From an uncultured Gammaproteobacteria bacterium (GTDB taxonomy: Bacteria > Patescibacteriota > Microgenomatia > UBA8517), in assembly GCA_964489145.1 (NCBI GenBank), contig CAZAXL010000004.1, forward strand, positions 8,176 to 72,175: 64,000 nucleotides of DNA. Direction: 5' to 3'. The position numbers and the translations under genes were made by a program. The stretch's first letter is position 1; every line of letters starts with the position of its first letter. The notes below the pieces were generated by a model. It had not been told where the DNA came from. It did no database searches and worked only from the letters and a program-made list of their open reading frames with translations. This document shows positions 48,432 through 57,860 of this stretch, piece after piece.

Positions 48432-51152
48432 TTGTTATATAATTTACATATGCCCGACGGTATGTCACCTGAAAACAAACCACAATCAAGTATTGAATTT
48501 ATGAAATCCCTCGGAGGACCGACCAGACTTCCTGCTAATGAAATAACAGGCCAGGCTGCGAAAGATTTTCCTCAACCTGAATCAAGAGCTAATGTTCCGG
48601 ATATAAGGATGCAGGTGGGCAATGGTGATGAAGAAAGTAATGCAGCAGCGGAGCGTGCAAAGCTGGAATATTTAATACGAATGGGTGAGCTTATGGGTTC
48701 AGAAGAGGGTGGGGGTTATTTAAATAAGTTTATAGACAACATTCGGGGTTTATCCAAAAAAGTAGAAGACCCCACAACTCACGAGTCAAGAAATAAAACC
48801 GAGGAAGAGAAAGATAAAGTTAGGGAGAATATTGCAGAGGCTTACGTTCATCTGTGCCATGCAGAGCTTGATGAAATAAACACAATAAATAAATATCTTG
48901 AGGATTTGAAAAACCCATTCCCTTACGATTCAAGGTGGACAATCCAGACTTTTGAAAGGATCGAAGAAAGAATAAATGGAGTACTTAGGGAAAAGAAAGG
49001 TAGGGCAGTTGATGGTGAAGGTAGGGCGCTACTCCATATGTACAAAAGGGATCTGAAGTGGGCGCTAGCCACAGCAAAAATAAACGAAGCAATGGGGCCA
49101 GCCTACGAGCTTTATTTTGACGGTGAGTTAGAAATGCAGCGCCTAAGAACTCCGCATAGCGAAGTTAAAGCATCAGATTTCATGAGTGCTTTTCAGGGAC
49201 ACGAAACCGGTTTTGAGAAGGATGTACTTGATGAAGAAAATAAATTAATACAGAAAACACTTTTGAAGATTCCACCCGAATATCTTAAAGATGTGGACGG
49301 AGAAAACACTTTTAAAGAAAAGACTTTGGTGGAAAAGGCAATAGAATATCAAGATTTATATAGCACACTGTCGCTCGATGCTTTCGCTTCGGCCCAAAAA
49401 AATCTTGAATATGGGTTCGGTGCTGGAGACGATAAAGAAGCTGGAAATCATTATAAAAACATAGATTATGTTACCTTTCGCTTAATGAATGAACTTTTTA
49501 GCTCTTCTAAGGCAGTTGAGGATGGAAAAGTTGTGGAAGCAGAGGACGAGAATTTAGTTTATGTTAATCGAAAAGGAGAGGGATTTAATGTTAAAGCTCA
49601 TCCGATTTTGAACCCTCACAATATGCAGAGGGATGACGATCTTGCCTACCGTCAATATTATTCGAGGATGCATGAGCTTATGCTTCATTGGAATGATGCT
49701 TACAGTAGTCAAATTGATGAAGTTAGGAATGTTTCAGACTTGTCAAAAGACGATATAGACGAAAAAATTAGAGCAATTGCCGACGGAATTGTAGCTAAAG
49801 CGGATAAAAGAGCTAAATCACAAAGAACTTTAGACGAAGGCCATCCGTATGACAGGTTAATAGATACTGTAATTAATTCTCAAATTAATCTGGAACGCGG
49901 AATTCTTGCAAGTGGAGAGTATGGCTGGGGTTGGTCTTATAATGAGAAGACTGATAAAAGAGGAAATGTTGTGGTAGTAAGGAAATCTGAACTTGGAAGC
50001 ATATATGATAACCACGATCTCACAACTATGGTTTATTGGGCTAGGCACATTATTGACTACGATAACATGGGGGAGACACGGGGAGCTCTTCTGTTTCCTA
50101 CAATTGGCAGTTACAGAGAAAGGTGGATGAGCGAACCTCCATATTGGAAGCCGGAATTGACTGAGTTTGCCCAAAATGATAACACTCTTCTTCGAAGATT
50201 AGGGTTGGAAGGCAGTTATGGGATTCTTTCCCAGAAAAATTTCCTGGAGGATAAAGTTGGTAGAAAAACGTACTTTAAGGGGGCGAAAGGGTGGCAAGAG
50301 CAAAAATATGGCAAGTTTGATGAGTCTTGTGCAAAGTATATCAAAGAGAACGCCTGGGCATTTGTTACTTGTTGGTTAAACGAACCTGGTAAAGGGAGCG
50401 ATGAATACAATCTTGTCTTCCCAGTCTTTTTACCGACAATGATTGAAGATGTTAATTTTTGGAGATCTGTTAGCCTCCAGGGACCGTCTGAAAAAATTAA
50501 TACTTACCCTCTTGCAGATCCTAAAAAGGGTGATCCAAAAAGTCTTTGGAATGAAAGGATGGAAGGGAAAAAGTTGTCAGAAATGCGGTGGGAATATATG
50601 TCCAAGTATAAATACAATTGGACAATGGTGAACCTGGATCAGATGGAGCGCTGGTTTGGGCCAATGGTAACGCCACACGATTTCAATAAGTCAACCGCGC
50701 CGGAATTTGAAAAACACTACAACATGCCAGGTGGTAAAAGTGAAAAAGAGGCAGGGAAAAGAGGAAGATTGGGAGCAAGGGGCTCACGTTGGGTGGATGG
50801 AGTTATTAGAGCAACGGTTTTGGCCCAAAACAAGGTGCTATCTGCGGTCCAGTTAAGTGGAGTTATGGGTGTGGATGTTTCTGCGCTTACAAATGTAAAT
50901 GAGAGAAATTCTTCCTTGAATAAGGAATTGGATACATGGAGATTAAATTGGATAGCCCCTTGGATAAACACAATGCTAGATATGCCCTCCGATGTGCGCA
51001 AGGTTAAAAATTATGGAGGAACAGCTGCTCAATCACTTCTGGTGTCTTACCTTCAAGTTCGAAGAATTATAGCCTCTGCTGTTGCCCACAGTAATGGTCA
51101 AAAGCTGGACGTTAACAAATCTATAGACCAAATAGAAGAAGGATTTACTTAA
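48432..51152 (+). CDS. Large soluble hypothetical protein (906 aa), plus-strand gene inside the minus-strand T4SS-like locus
   Basis: No TM, no recognisable motifs; TATAAT lies inside the first codons, so true start may be MPDGMSPEN at 48450. Confidence 0.4.
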   Translation: MLYNLHMPDGMSPENKPQSSIEFMKSLGGPTRLPANEITGQAAKDFPQPESRANVPDIRMQVGNGDEESNAAAERAKLEYLIRMGELMGSEEGGGYLNKFIDNIRGLSKKVEDPTTHESRNKTEEEKDKVRENIAEAYVHLCHAELDEINTINKYLEDLKNPFPYDSRWTIQTFERIEERINGVLREKKGRAVDGEGRALLHMYKRDLKWALATAKINEAMGPAYELYFDGELEMQRLRTPHSEVKASDFMSAFQGHETGFEKDVLDEENKLIQKTLLKIPPEYLKDVDGENTFKEKTLVEKAIEYQDLYSTLSLDAFASAQKNLEYGFGAGDDKEAGNHYKNIDYVTFRLMNELFSSSKAVEDGKVVEAEDENLVYVNRKGEGFNVKAHPILNPHNMQRDDDLAYRQYYSRMHELMLHWNDAYSSQIDEVRNVSDLSKDDIDEKIRAIADGIVAKADKRAKSQRTLDEGHPYDRLIDTVINSQINLERGILASGEYGWGWSYNEKTDKRGNVVVVRKSELGSIYDNHDLTTMVYWARHIIDYDNMGETRGALLFPTIGSYRERWMSEPPYWKPELTEFAQNDNTLLRRLGLEGSYGILSQKNFLEDKVGRKTYFKGAKGWQEQKYGKFDESCAKYIKENAWAFVTCWLNEPGKGSDEYNLVFPVFLPTMIEDVNFWRSVSLQGPSEKINTYPLADPKKGDPKSLWNERMEGKKLSEMRWEYMSKYKYNWTMVNLDQMERWFGPMVTPHDFNKSTAPEFEKHYNMPGGKSEKEAGKRGRLGARGSRWVDGVIRATVLAQNKVLSAVQLSGVMGVDVSALTNVNERNSSLNKELDTWRLNWIAPWINTMLDMPSDVRKVKNYGGTAAQSLLVSYLQVRRIIASAVAHSNGQKLDVNKSIDQIEEGFT

Positions 51153-51161
51153 ATTGTATTT

Positions 51162-52889
51162 CTAACGCTCCCCGGGCCCTTTCTGGCCGCCGGTACCTGG
51201 TTGTCCGCCTTGTTTTTGCATACTCTTCAAGATATCATTCAACACTTTCATTGCTCCTCGTCCTCCACCCCTGCTTTCAATTGCTTGCTGCAACCTTCCC
51301 GCTGCATATGTCGTTCCAGCTTCTGCTCCATATTTCTGTACACCGGAGGCAACTCCACTAAACGGTCCCAGAGCCTCACCAATTCCTGTTCCTGCAAATT
51401 CTTTGCCTGCCATAAATGATTCGATAGCCTCAGATATTTTTGGTATCATCATGATTATACCAACACTCATCAACAAAAATGCAATTGCCGTAGCAGAAGC
51501 GGGGTTTCCTAGCATTGGAGGTCCCCAAGCATTGCAAAAATCTAGAGTATTAGCAGGGTCAAAAAATTCAATTCCTGTAAATTTACTTATCAACCCCAAC
51601 TCCAATCTTAGTACGGGTTTAAGTATGCTCATGAGACCGTTGTTGCAAATAGCGCCGTATACAGATGTGGCCATGGAGTATCCCAGTAGGAAAAAAGATA
51701 TATAAATGAATATTCCGGTAAGGGGAAATACTAGTAGTTTTGAAAACAATTTCTTGAGCCAGCTACTAAAACCCGACTGTGGAAAGAGTGTGCCCATGGT
51801 GATCTGGAGTGGGGCAATTATTATAAGGCCATACACTGCCGCTAGGTTTTTAAAAAGCATAAATATGACTCTGACAGTGCTTACAATAAGTATAAGTAGC
51901 AAGATTATTGTGAAGATAATGAGAAGCAGGCTAAAAAGTGTTGAAGAAATATGGAAACCTGAAACCGATGCTAATAAAGCAACGACCGCAGCAACAAAAA
52001 ATAATATTATATATGCGATAAAATAAAAAAATATTGCGATACCACCATCTTGTAGAAGTGGGATAGACCCGTTGATGAAAGCAAAAATAATTTTTCCCTC
52101 TGCCACCTTCAAAAAATTTGTTGGAATAAAGGACGACATCATAGCAGAAAATACACCCATAATGACATATATTAGGTCAATCATGAATCCAGCAATCGCG
52201 AATGAAAATGTTACTAAAATAAGCGAAATAACTATTTTAGGTAAAGCAGATTGAACACTAATTACTAGTTGAGGGGATAACTTAACCCTCAACATGATCA
52301 TAAAAGCGAAAACAATTGTTACTATTACGAACAGGAAGAAGGAGAAATTTCTGGTTAGTCCCCAAAGTGGTCTAATTACTGTTAATACCGTATAACCATA
52401 TCCGGTGGTTTGGGCGTGAACTTCCGTAACCGGGTCCAGTTTTCTTATTATGTTTTTGACATAACTAATGCCAGAAATTGGTCTATCAGCAAAAATCTGG
52501 GAAGCAATAGATGGTTGATGTTGTGTGTTTTCGGTTAAACCAAGGTCGGCTGTAGAATCATTTATAAAATTAGTGAGACCATCAACACAAGCATCTAGTT
52601 GAATATTTGACGCAACGGCCCCCATAAAACAACTGGCAACATCAGTATTGCCTCCGGTTACCAAGTTAATAAACATAGAAGGAAGGCTGTAGATAATCCA
52701 TTGAACCTGAGCTGCGGTATAACGCTCTCCAAAAATTTCATTTTGATTTGAATTGTCGTATACCTTTAGGTACCATTCAGGGAGAGATTGGTTGTACCAA
52801 GTTGTTTGAGCCTTGGCCTGAGAGAATGGGCCGAGGGAAATAAGAAAAGTAGTGCCGATTAGGATGGATATGAGCAGTTTTTTAAACAT
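51162..52889 (-). CDS. Polytopic membrane protein, VirB6/TrbL-like (inferred)
   Basis: Signal peptide, ~150-aa extracytoplasmic N-domain, >=6 TM, Gly/Pro/Gln-rich C-terminal tail (GGQPGTGGQKGPGER) as in TrbL; position between surface protein and VirB3/4. Confidence 0.4.
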   Translation of the reverse strand: MFKKLLISILIGTTFLISLGPFSQAKAQTTWYNQSLPEWYLKVYDNSNQNEIFGERYTAAQVQWIIYSLPSMFINLVTGGNTDVASCFMGAVASNIQLDACVDGLTNFINDSTADLGLTENTQHQPSIASQIFADRPISGISYVKNIIRKLDPVTEVHAQTTGYGYTVLTVIRPLWGLTRNFSFFLFVIVTIVFAFMIMLRVKLSPQLVISVQSALPKIVISLILVTFSFAIAGFMIDLIYVIMGVFSAMMSSFIPTNFLKVAEGKIIFAFINGSIPLLQDGGIAIFFYFIAYIILFFVAAVVALLASVSGFHISSTLFSLLLIIFTIILLLILIVSTVRVIFMLFKNLAAVYGLIIIAPLQITMGTLFPQSGFSSWLKKLFSKLLVFPLTGIFIYISFFLLGYSMATSVYGAICNNGLMSILKPVLRLELGLISKFTGIEFFDPANTLDFCNAWGPPMLGNPASATAIAFLLMSVGIIMMIPKISEAIESFMAGKEFAGTGIGEALGPFSGVASGVQKYGAEAGTTYAAGRLQQAIESRGGGRGAMKVLNDILKSMQKQGGQPGTGGQKGPGER

Positions 52890-52922
52890 GACAGGTGCCT
52901 CTAATTGATTATTAGGATAGCA

Positions 52923-55313
52923 TTAATTTGGGTAATTAGGTAGTGCTATTCCCGGTGCAATGACGGAATAAATAAAGTTCAAATCGTTCGTATAACTTGA
53001 TATTTTATCTTTTTCGTTTTGATTTAGTGGGGAGCAGTGTCCAAACCAAAACATTGAAATAAAGGTACTCATATCCTTTTTACCACACTTGGCAGCGTAT
53101 GAACTTGGTAAATTTAAAAAGAAGTCTAGTTGTTTACTAAAATTATTAGTTGGTACACTTTGATTACCGTGGATGCCAAAATCTTCGACAGGATAGTTTA
53201 CAGCCTCGTAATTACTTGCATCGGATTCATGTATCCAGATGGCAAGAGTAAATATTGGATCTATATTTTTGTTTTTTGACCTCTGAATAACATCATTATT
53301 ACATTCTTTGAAGTAAGGTCTGCCGGGACCCGTCGCATACCAGATCTTGGTTATATTTTCCGCCTCGGTTTTGTTTAAACCATTCACAGCAATTTCCGGA
53401 ATGGTTTGATTGCAATTTATTTCACCGCTACTGCTCGAATCTTCATCAGAATTCGGTGCAAAAGAAATTGCGTCACCAAGCCCTTTGGGTCTGAGAGCGG
53501 TTTGGATACCATTTAAGAAATATTCGGAAATTCCTCCCAGATGGGGGAGTTTTAAATCGGTGTTTGATTGAGAGACATTCGTGCCTGAATAATTAATATT
53601 AGTAGATCCCGGCATATCCATTATCTGCCCGACGCTTCCAGCCGTGTTGGTTTTTGGGAAAATTCTCTTGAAAACCGCCATTGGACCCGCCACAAGGCGC
53701 GACCAAATATCGTCGGCGAGAGGAATTTTTGAGGTAGTTGAGAGGTTGATATAAACATCTTTTTTACACTCCTGGGTAGAAGTGGGCGCGGAGGTCGGGT
53801 TAGCATCAGGATAGAGACAATCTGCTCGGCATTCGTTGGGCGCGCCTCCGAAATAAGTACATCTTTCATAGCAACCGGTGGGGATAGGGGCGTCAAAAGT
53901 ACAAGAAAAATTGGCTGTATAGGAAAGATCCCCCGTCAGCTGTGTGGCAAAAAGATCATCTCCCTTATTTGAACGCACCTCAACGGTATTACAGGAAGTT
54001 TCCGATGCAACATTTGTCGGACTCCCGACTTTATCCTCCCCTTTTGGAGTATAGGTATCTTGCAGGAGAGAACTAAGTTGGTCAGATTCTTCCATGTGGG
54101 AGAAAAAAAGAGTAGCGGGATTTTGATTTGAGAATGCAATATTTTTTACGATTACATTTGAGTCTGACGTGCCTTGCGCGGATGATACTTGGTCGATGGA
54201 AATATTTCCTTCGACATCCTCAGTTGAAGAGAGGGGAATGTAGGAAAAGAGATCCGAATATTCATTCGAAATAAGAATATTATTCAAGCACAAAAGTATT
54301 TTAGGAAAAGGAGTAATAATACAAGAGTTTCCCTGCCATTCCTTATACGCTTTTTGATATGTTAAAGAGTCAAAGGGCTTGCCGCTTGGATCAACTCCCC
54401 AGGAAAGCGGAGGGACTCGATACGGCCAAGCTTTATTCTGGTCTAATGCCTGTGTGATAATATCTCCCGGAATAGATGGAAATGTATTAAGAAAAAGATC
54501 GAGAAGTGAAATGCCGGCGTTTTGTAGGGTATTTACAATCGAAAGATTTCCATCCCAGTTTGTTAATCTCCATTTCTCTTCACCCGGACAATCGGTGGCA
54601 ACTGTTTGACCGACGCCCAGGTTCTCCAAACCCCATTTAAGGAAAGATGGAATTAGGCTGGAGTTGATTTCTTTTTTTGTGCAAACCACAACCTGGTCGT
54701 GTCTTGTGACTTTTGCGTTTTTTATTTGCGTAAACCTATTTGCGTTTTGGATTTCCAACGGAAGAAGCTTGGCTAAGGGGCCAGAAAAATTTACTAATGA
54801 ATCATCGTCACTCTTATCAGGATATTCTTTTTTGTTTGTTACTCCTCCAAGATACCAACTTACGTAATCATTCATTTTGTCGGCGTCTGAAAGCGCGTCT
54901 TCGGTGTTGCCCATAAAAGGCAGGTCCGCACCGCTTAAATCAATCGTTACTTTGTGGCTGGGGACAGACACGTTGTATGTGCAATAAACTTTACTTCCTT
55001 TTGTGGTACAATTTCCGCCTCCTCCTGTGTATGTTTTTTCGATGGTTTCCTTCAAGGTGAGATTGTTTCCGCAAAAAGTTGCCTCACTGGCCGTTTGAGA
55101 AGTGCATTGGGTATTTGCTTGGTATGGACGAAGAGAGTTAAATTCAGTATCGGAAACATTTCCACAGGAGATATTTGTGTTAGCAGGAACTTGGGCATTT
55201 ACAGTTCCAATTTCTAATTTCAAATTTCTAATTTCTAATAAAATTACAATTAATAAAATTACAAGAACTGAAAGTTTAAAATTCGAGATTTTAGATTTGA
55301 GATTGAGAATCAT
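52923..55313 (-). CDS. Large Cys-rich secreted/surface protein (796 aa), possible C-terminal lysozyme-like domain
   Basis: N-terminal TM/signal anchor, many Cys pairs, C-terminal FTLAIWIHESDASNYEAV resembles transglycosylase ES motif (weak). Confidence 0.35.
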   Translation of the reverse strand: MILNLKSKISNFKLSVLVILLIVILLEIRNLKLEIGTVNAQVPANTNISCGNVSDTEFNSLRPYQANTQCTSQTASEATFCGNNLTLKETIEKTYTGGGGNCTTKGSKVYCTYNVSVPSHKVTIDLSGADLPFMGNTEDALSDADKMNDYVSWYLGGVTNKKEYPDKSDDDSLVNFSGPLAKLLPLEIQNANRFTQIKNAKVTRHDQVVVCTKKEINSSLIPSFLKWGLENLGVGQTVATDCPGEEKWRLTNWDGNLSIVNTLQNAGISLLDLFLNTFPSIPGDIITQALDQNKAWPYRVPPLSWGVDPSGKPFDSLTYQKAYKEWQGNSCIITPFPKILLCLNNILISNEYSDLFSYIPLSSTEDVEGNISIDQVSSAQGTSDSNVIVKNIAFSNQNPATLFFSHMEESDQLSSLLQDTYTPKGEDKVGSPTNVASETSCNTVEVRSNKGDDLFATQLTGDLSYTANFSCTFDAPIPTGCYERCTYFGGAPNECRADCLYPDANPTSAPTSTQECKKDVYINLSTTSKIPLADDIWSRLVAGPMAVFKRIFPKTNTAGSVGQIMDMPGSTNINYSGTNVSQSNTDLKLPHLGGISEYFLNGIQTALRPKGLGDAISFAPNSDEDSSSSGEINCNQTIPEIAVNGLNKTEAENITKIWYATGPGRPYFKECNNDVIQRSKNKNIDPIFTLAIWIHESDASNYEAVNYPVEDFGIHGNQSVPTNNFSKQLDFFLNLPSSYAAKCGKKDMSTFISMFWFGHCSPLNQNEKDKISSYTNDLNFIYSVIAPGIALPNYPN

Positions 55314-55350
55314 GTCTAATTATTATATCAGTTAAACCTGAGAAGATTTA

Positions 55351-55632
55351 TTAGGGGAGGACTATATTGAAGTTTGTTACATCAACCCCTGTGATATTTG
55401 TGATCAACAAAAGAATTAGATAGGAAAGAAGAATAATGATAAGTCCAGCAATTGCGGAAGTTAGGGTTTTTTTGGCGCTCTCGACAGCTTTTGGGTCACC
55501 ACCGGAAGTGATAAATTTGAACCCCCCAACTACAAGAAGAACAAAGAGAACAATTCCGGCAAAACCTAAAGCATAGCCTACAACCCTTTGGAACAGAACC
55601 CCGAAATCCTCAATTGTTGCAACATCTTCCAT
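55351..55632 (-). CDS. T4SS pilin-like small two-TM protein, paralog 8 (VirB2/TrbC-like)
   Basis: TM1 - SGGDPKAVESAKKTLTSAIAGLIIIL - TM2 shared family motif. Confidence 0.5.
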   Translation of the reverse strand: MEDVATIEDFGVLFQRVVGYALGFAGIVLFVLLVVGGFKFITSGGDPKAVESAKKTLTSAIAGLIIILLSYLILLLITNITGVDVTNFNIVLP

Positions 55633-55677
55633 AACAACACCATTTTAGAGTAAACAGCGAAGTCGAGCAAGAGAGAC

Positions 55678-56025
55678 TTACTGAGGAATGGTAGGAATGG
55701 TCAGGACGTTTAACACATCAAGCCCAAAAAAGACCTTGATGAGAGCCAGAATTGCCCAGGCAGCAAATACGATAACAAGTCCAACTAAGGCCGCTGTTAT
55801 CTGATTTCTTGCAGCTTCTGTTTGAGCCTTGTCTCCACCAGAGGCGATCCAGCGAATTCCACCTATTACTAAAATGAAGAAGAATATGATTGCAGCTATA
55901 ACAACTGAAAGTCTTATTAGACCGGAAACGATTCCAGAAACCGTAAGATTACCCAACGTAGAAAACTGCCCAACTGGCTGAAGATCTATAGGTGCGTTAT
56001 CGGCGACGGCGAGTAATTTTTGCAT
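55678..56025 (-). CDS. T4SS pilin-like small two-TM protein, paralog 7
   Basis: ASGGDKAQTEAARNQITAALVGLVIVF motif between two hydrophobic helices. Confidence 0.5.
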   Translation of the reverse strand: MQKLLAVADNAPIDLQPVGQFSTLGNLTVSGIVSGLIRLSVVIAAIIFFFILVIGGIRWIASGGDKAQTEAARNQITAALVGLVIVFAAWAILALIKVFFGLDVLNVLTIPTIPQ

Positions 56026-56040
56026 ATCTTATTGTGTATA

Positions 56041-56403
56041 TTATCGAATTATTAGATTACCTATGTCAAGAGTCAATATTGAAACACCAATAAAGCCTTC
56101 TATAAGTTTGACGATAGCAAACACAGAAAACATAATAACGAGTCCGATAATAGCGCTCGTGATTTTTCCTCTTGCGTTCTCAAGAGATTGTTTATCTCCA
56201 CCAGAGGATATCCATTGAATCGCTCCAATAATTAACATAAAGAAAAAAATTACAACCCCAACAACGAAGGCTAAAGTTATAAGGTTGGGGATGAAGGTCT
56301 GAAAAAAACTTAAACCGCTTGCGTTATCACCCAAGCCCCCCAATACTGGATTTTTAATTTCAGAAGCTCCCCCTGTTGCTCCCGCTAGTAAATTATTTGA
56401 CAT
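56041..56403 (-). CDS. T4SS pilin-like small two-TM protein, paralog 6
   Basis: SSGGDKQSLENARGKITSAIIGLVIMF motif. Confidence 0.5.
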   Translation of the reverse strand: MSNNLLAGATGGASEIKNPVLGGLGDNASGLSFFQTFIPNLITLAFVVGVVIFFFMLIIGAIQWISSGGDKQSLENARGKITSAIIGLVIMFSVFAIVKLIEGFIGVSILTLDIGNLIIR

Positions 56404-56411
56404 TTTTATGT

Positions 56412-56801
56412 TTATGGATTGACAGTGTTGCCTGTAATAACACTAAAGAGTGATGGAAAATTTAAAATATCGGGAATACCAAGGAGTTCTCCTACCAGTT
56501 TTATGGCAAATATTGAAACAATAACGATGATAAGCCCAATTATTCCGTTTACAATCCTTTTTCTTGCAGATTCGACTGCGGCCTTATCCCCGCCAGAAGA
56601 CATGTAACTAATTGCACCGGTAATAAATAGGAAAACCGACCATATGATTGCTATAACAGTTATTATTCCTATAAACGAAGAAAGGAAGTTTGTAAAGATA
56701 ATATCTGCATTACCGGCCTCGCTTCCTTGGAGTCCAAGTTTGCCAAACCCTTTAAATCCGCCATCTGGAGCTATTTTAATTTCTGCCAATAAATTTTTCA
56801 T
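56412..56801 (-). CDS. T4SS pilin-like small two-TM protein, paralog 5
   Basis: SSGGDKAAVESARKRIVNGIIGLIIVI motif. Confidence 0.5.
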   Translation of the reverse strand: MKNLLAEIKIAPDGGFKGFGKLGLQGSEAGNADIIFTNFLSSFIGIITVIAIIWSVFLFITGAISYMSSGGDKAAVESARKRIVNGIIGLIIVIVSIFAIKLVGELLGIPDILNFPSLFSVITGNTVNP

Positions 56802-57151
56802 TAAAGTGTTGGAATTACCGGATTAAGAATAAAATCCCATTTGCCAAAAATCAATTGACCAAAGAGTGCTGCGAGAACAAAGGCTCCTGCTGAAAATGCA
56901 AGTCCTAATGCTGTTTGCCAAATCTTTGCCCAAGCTCCTGCAACTTTTTTGGGGTCATCCCCTGCGGACATAAATGCGTATCCGGCCAAAACAAAATTAA
57001 ATAAAGCATATATTGAGGCTCCTATTATCAAAATCCAAATAACCTTTTGTATCAATGCTCCGATAGCCACACCCGGTTCCCCACTATACTTTTCCAAACC
57101 CGATGGGGGAGGAATGACTCCAAAAGGATTTGCTGCTAATAATTTTGTCAT
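56801..57151 (-). CDS. T4SS pilin-like small two-TM protein, paralog 4 (most diverged)
   Basis: SAGDDPKKVAGAWAKIWQTALGLAF variant motif; start overlaps stop of the upstream paralog. Confidence 0.45.
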   Translation of the reverse strand: MTKLLAANPFGVIPPPSGLEKYSGEPGVAIGALIQKVIWILIIGASIYALFNFVLAGYAFMSAGDDPKKVAGAWAKIWQTALGLAFSAGAFVLAALFGQLIFGKWDFILNPVIPTL

Positions 57152-57152
57152 T

Positions 57153-57461
57153 TTAGAAAATAAGATTTTGTACCCCCAAAAGAGAACTAACCAATTTTAC
57201 TATCCAATAGGATGTAAATACAATAACAAAGCCGATTACGGCCGAAGTAATAGTTTTTTTAGCTTGCTCGGCTTTCTGGGGATCGCTTTGTCCTGCGCTT
57301 CCTATCATGCCGATCCCTCCCAGGATAAAAAAGAAAAGGAGAATGAGACCCGCAAGAACAAAAGCAATATTTAAGAAAAGTGAAACCACAGAACCTATCC
57401 CTGTAATGTTTTTGAAAGCACTTAAACCAGATTTTCCTAGAAAGGCATCACCTATATTCAT
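57153..57461 (-). CDS. T4SS pilin-like small two-TM protein, paralog 3
   Basis: SAGQSDPQKAEQAKKTITSAVIGFVIVF motif. Confidence 0.5.
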   Translation of the reverse strand: MNIGDAFLGKSGLSAFKNITGIGSVVSLFLNIAFVLAGLILLFFFILGGIGMIGSAGQSDPQKAEQAKKTITSAVIGFVIVFTSYWIVKLVSSLLGVQNLIF

Positions 57462-57526
57462 ACTACAATTTTATTGTAAAGCCATTTTATTATAATAGAC
57501 CTTCTGAAGCAAGTCAGTGTAGATTG

Positions 57527-57859
57527 TTATTTTCCACCGAAGATTTGACTAAAAAAAGTACCTTCAAGACCAAGAACCTGCCCAAAAATTTGGACGATTG
57601 TGAAGGCAAAAAAGACAATAATAAAACCAATCACGGCATTCGTGATTTTTGTTTGAGCAGATTGCATAGCTTTGGGGTCTCCTCTTGAGGTCATCATTTG
57701 CAGGCCGCCGATCACTAGATAAATCAGAAGTGCGACTCCGGCTGCACCAAATATATATGGAAGTATCATACTAATGACATCCCCAACTTTTGCTTCTCCG
57801 CCAAATTTAAAATTTGGAAATGCGCGTGTTTGTATATCGTCAAAATTTTGTGCAAGCAT
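57527..57859 (-). CDS. T4SS pilin-like small two-TM protein, paralog 2
   Basis: SRGDPKAMQSAQTKITNAVIGFIIVF motif; start moved to MLAQNF (the track's longer ORF overlaps paralog 1). Confidence 0.5.
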   Translation of the reverse strand: MLAQNFDDIQTRAFPNFKFGGEAKVGDVISMILPYIFGAAGVALLIYLVIGGLQMMTSRGDPKAMQSAQTKITNAVIGFIIVFFAFTIVQIFGQVLGLEGTFFSQIFGGK

Positions 57860-57860
57860 G

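Noticed and set aside
48432-48449. TATAAT inside the first six codons of the 906-aa ORF
   Set aside because: Ambiguous: it may be the -10 element, with translation starting at the second ATG (48450). Noted in the feature's evidence field; the track coordinates (48432..51152) were kept.
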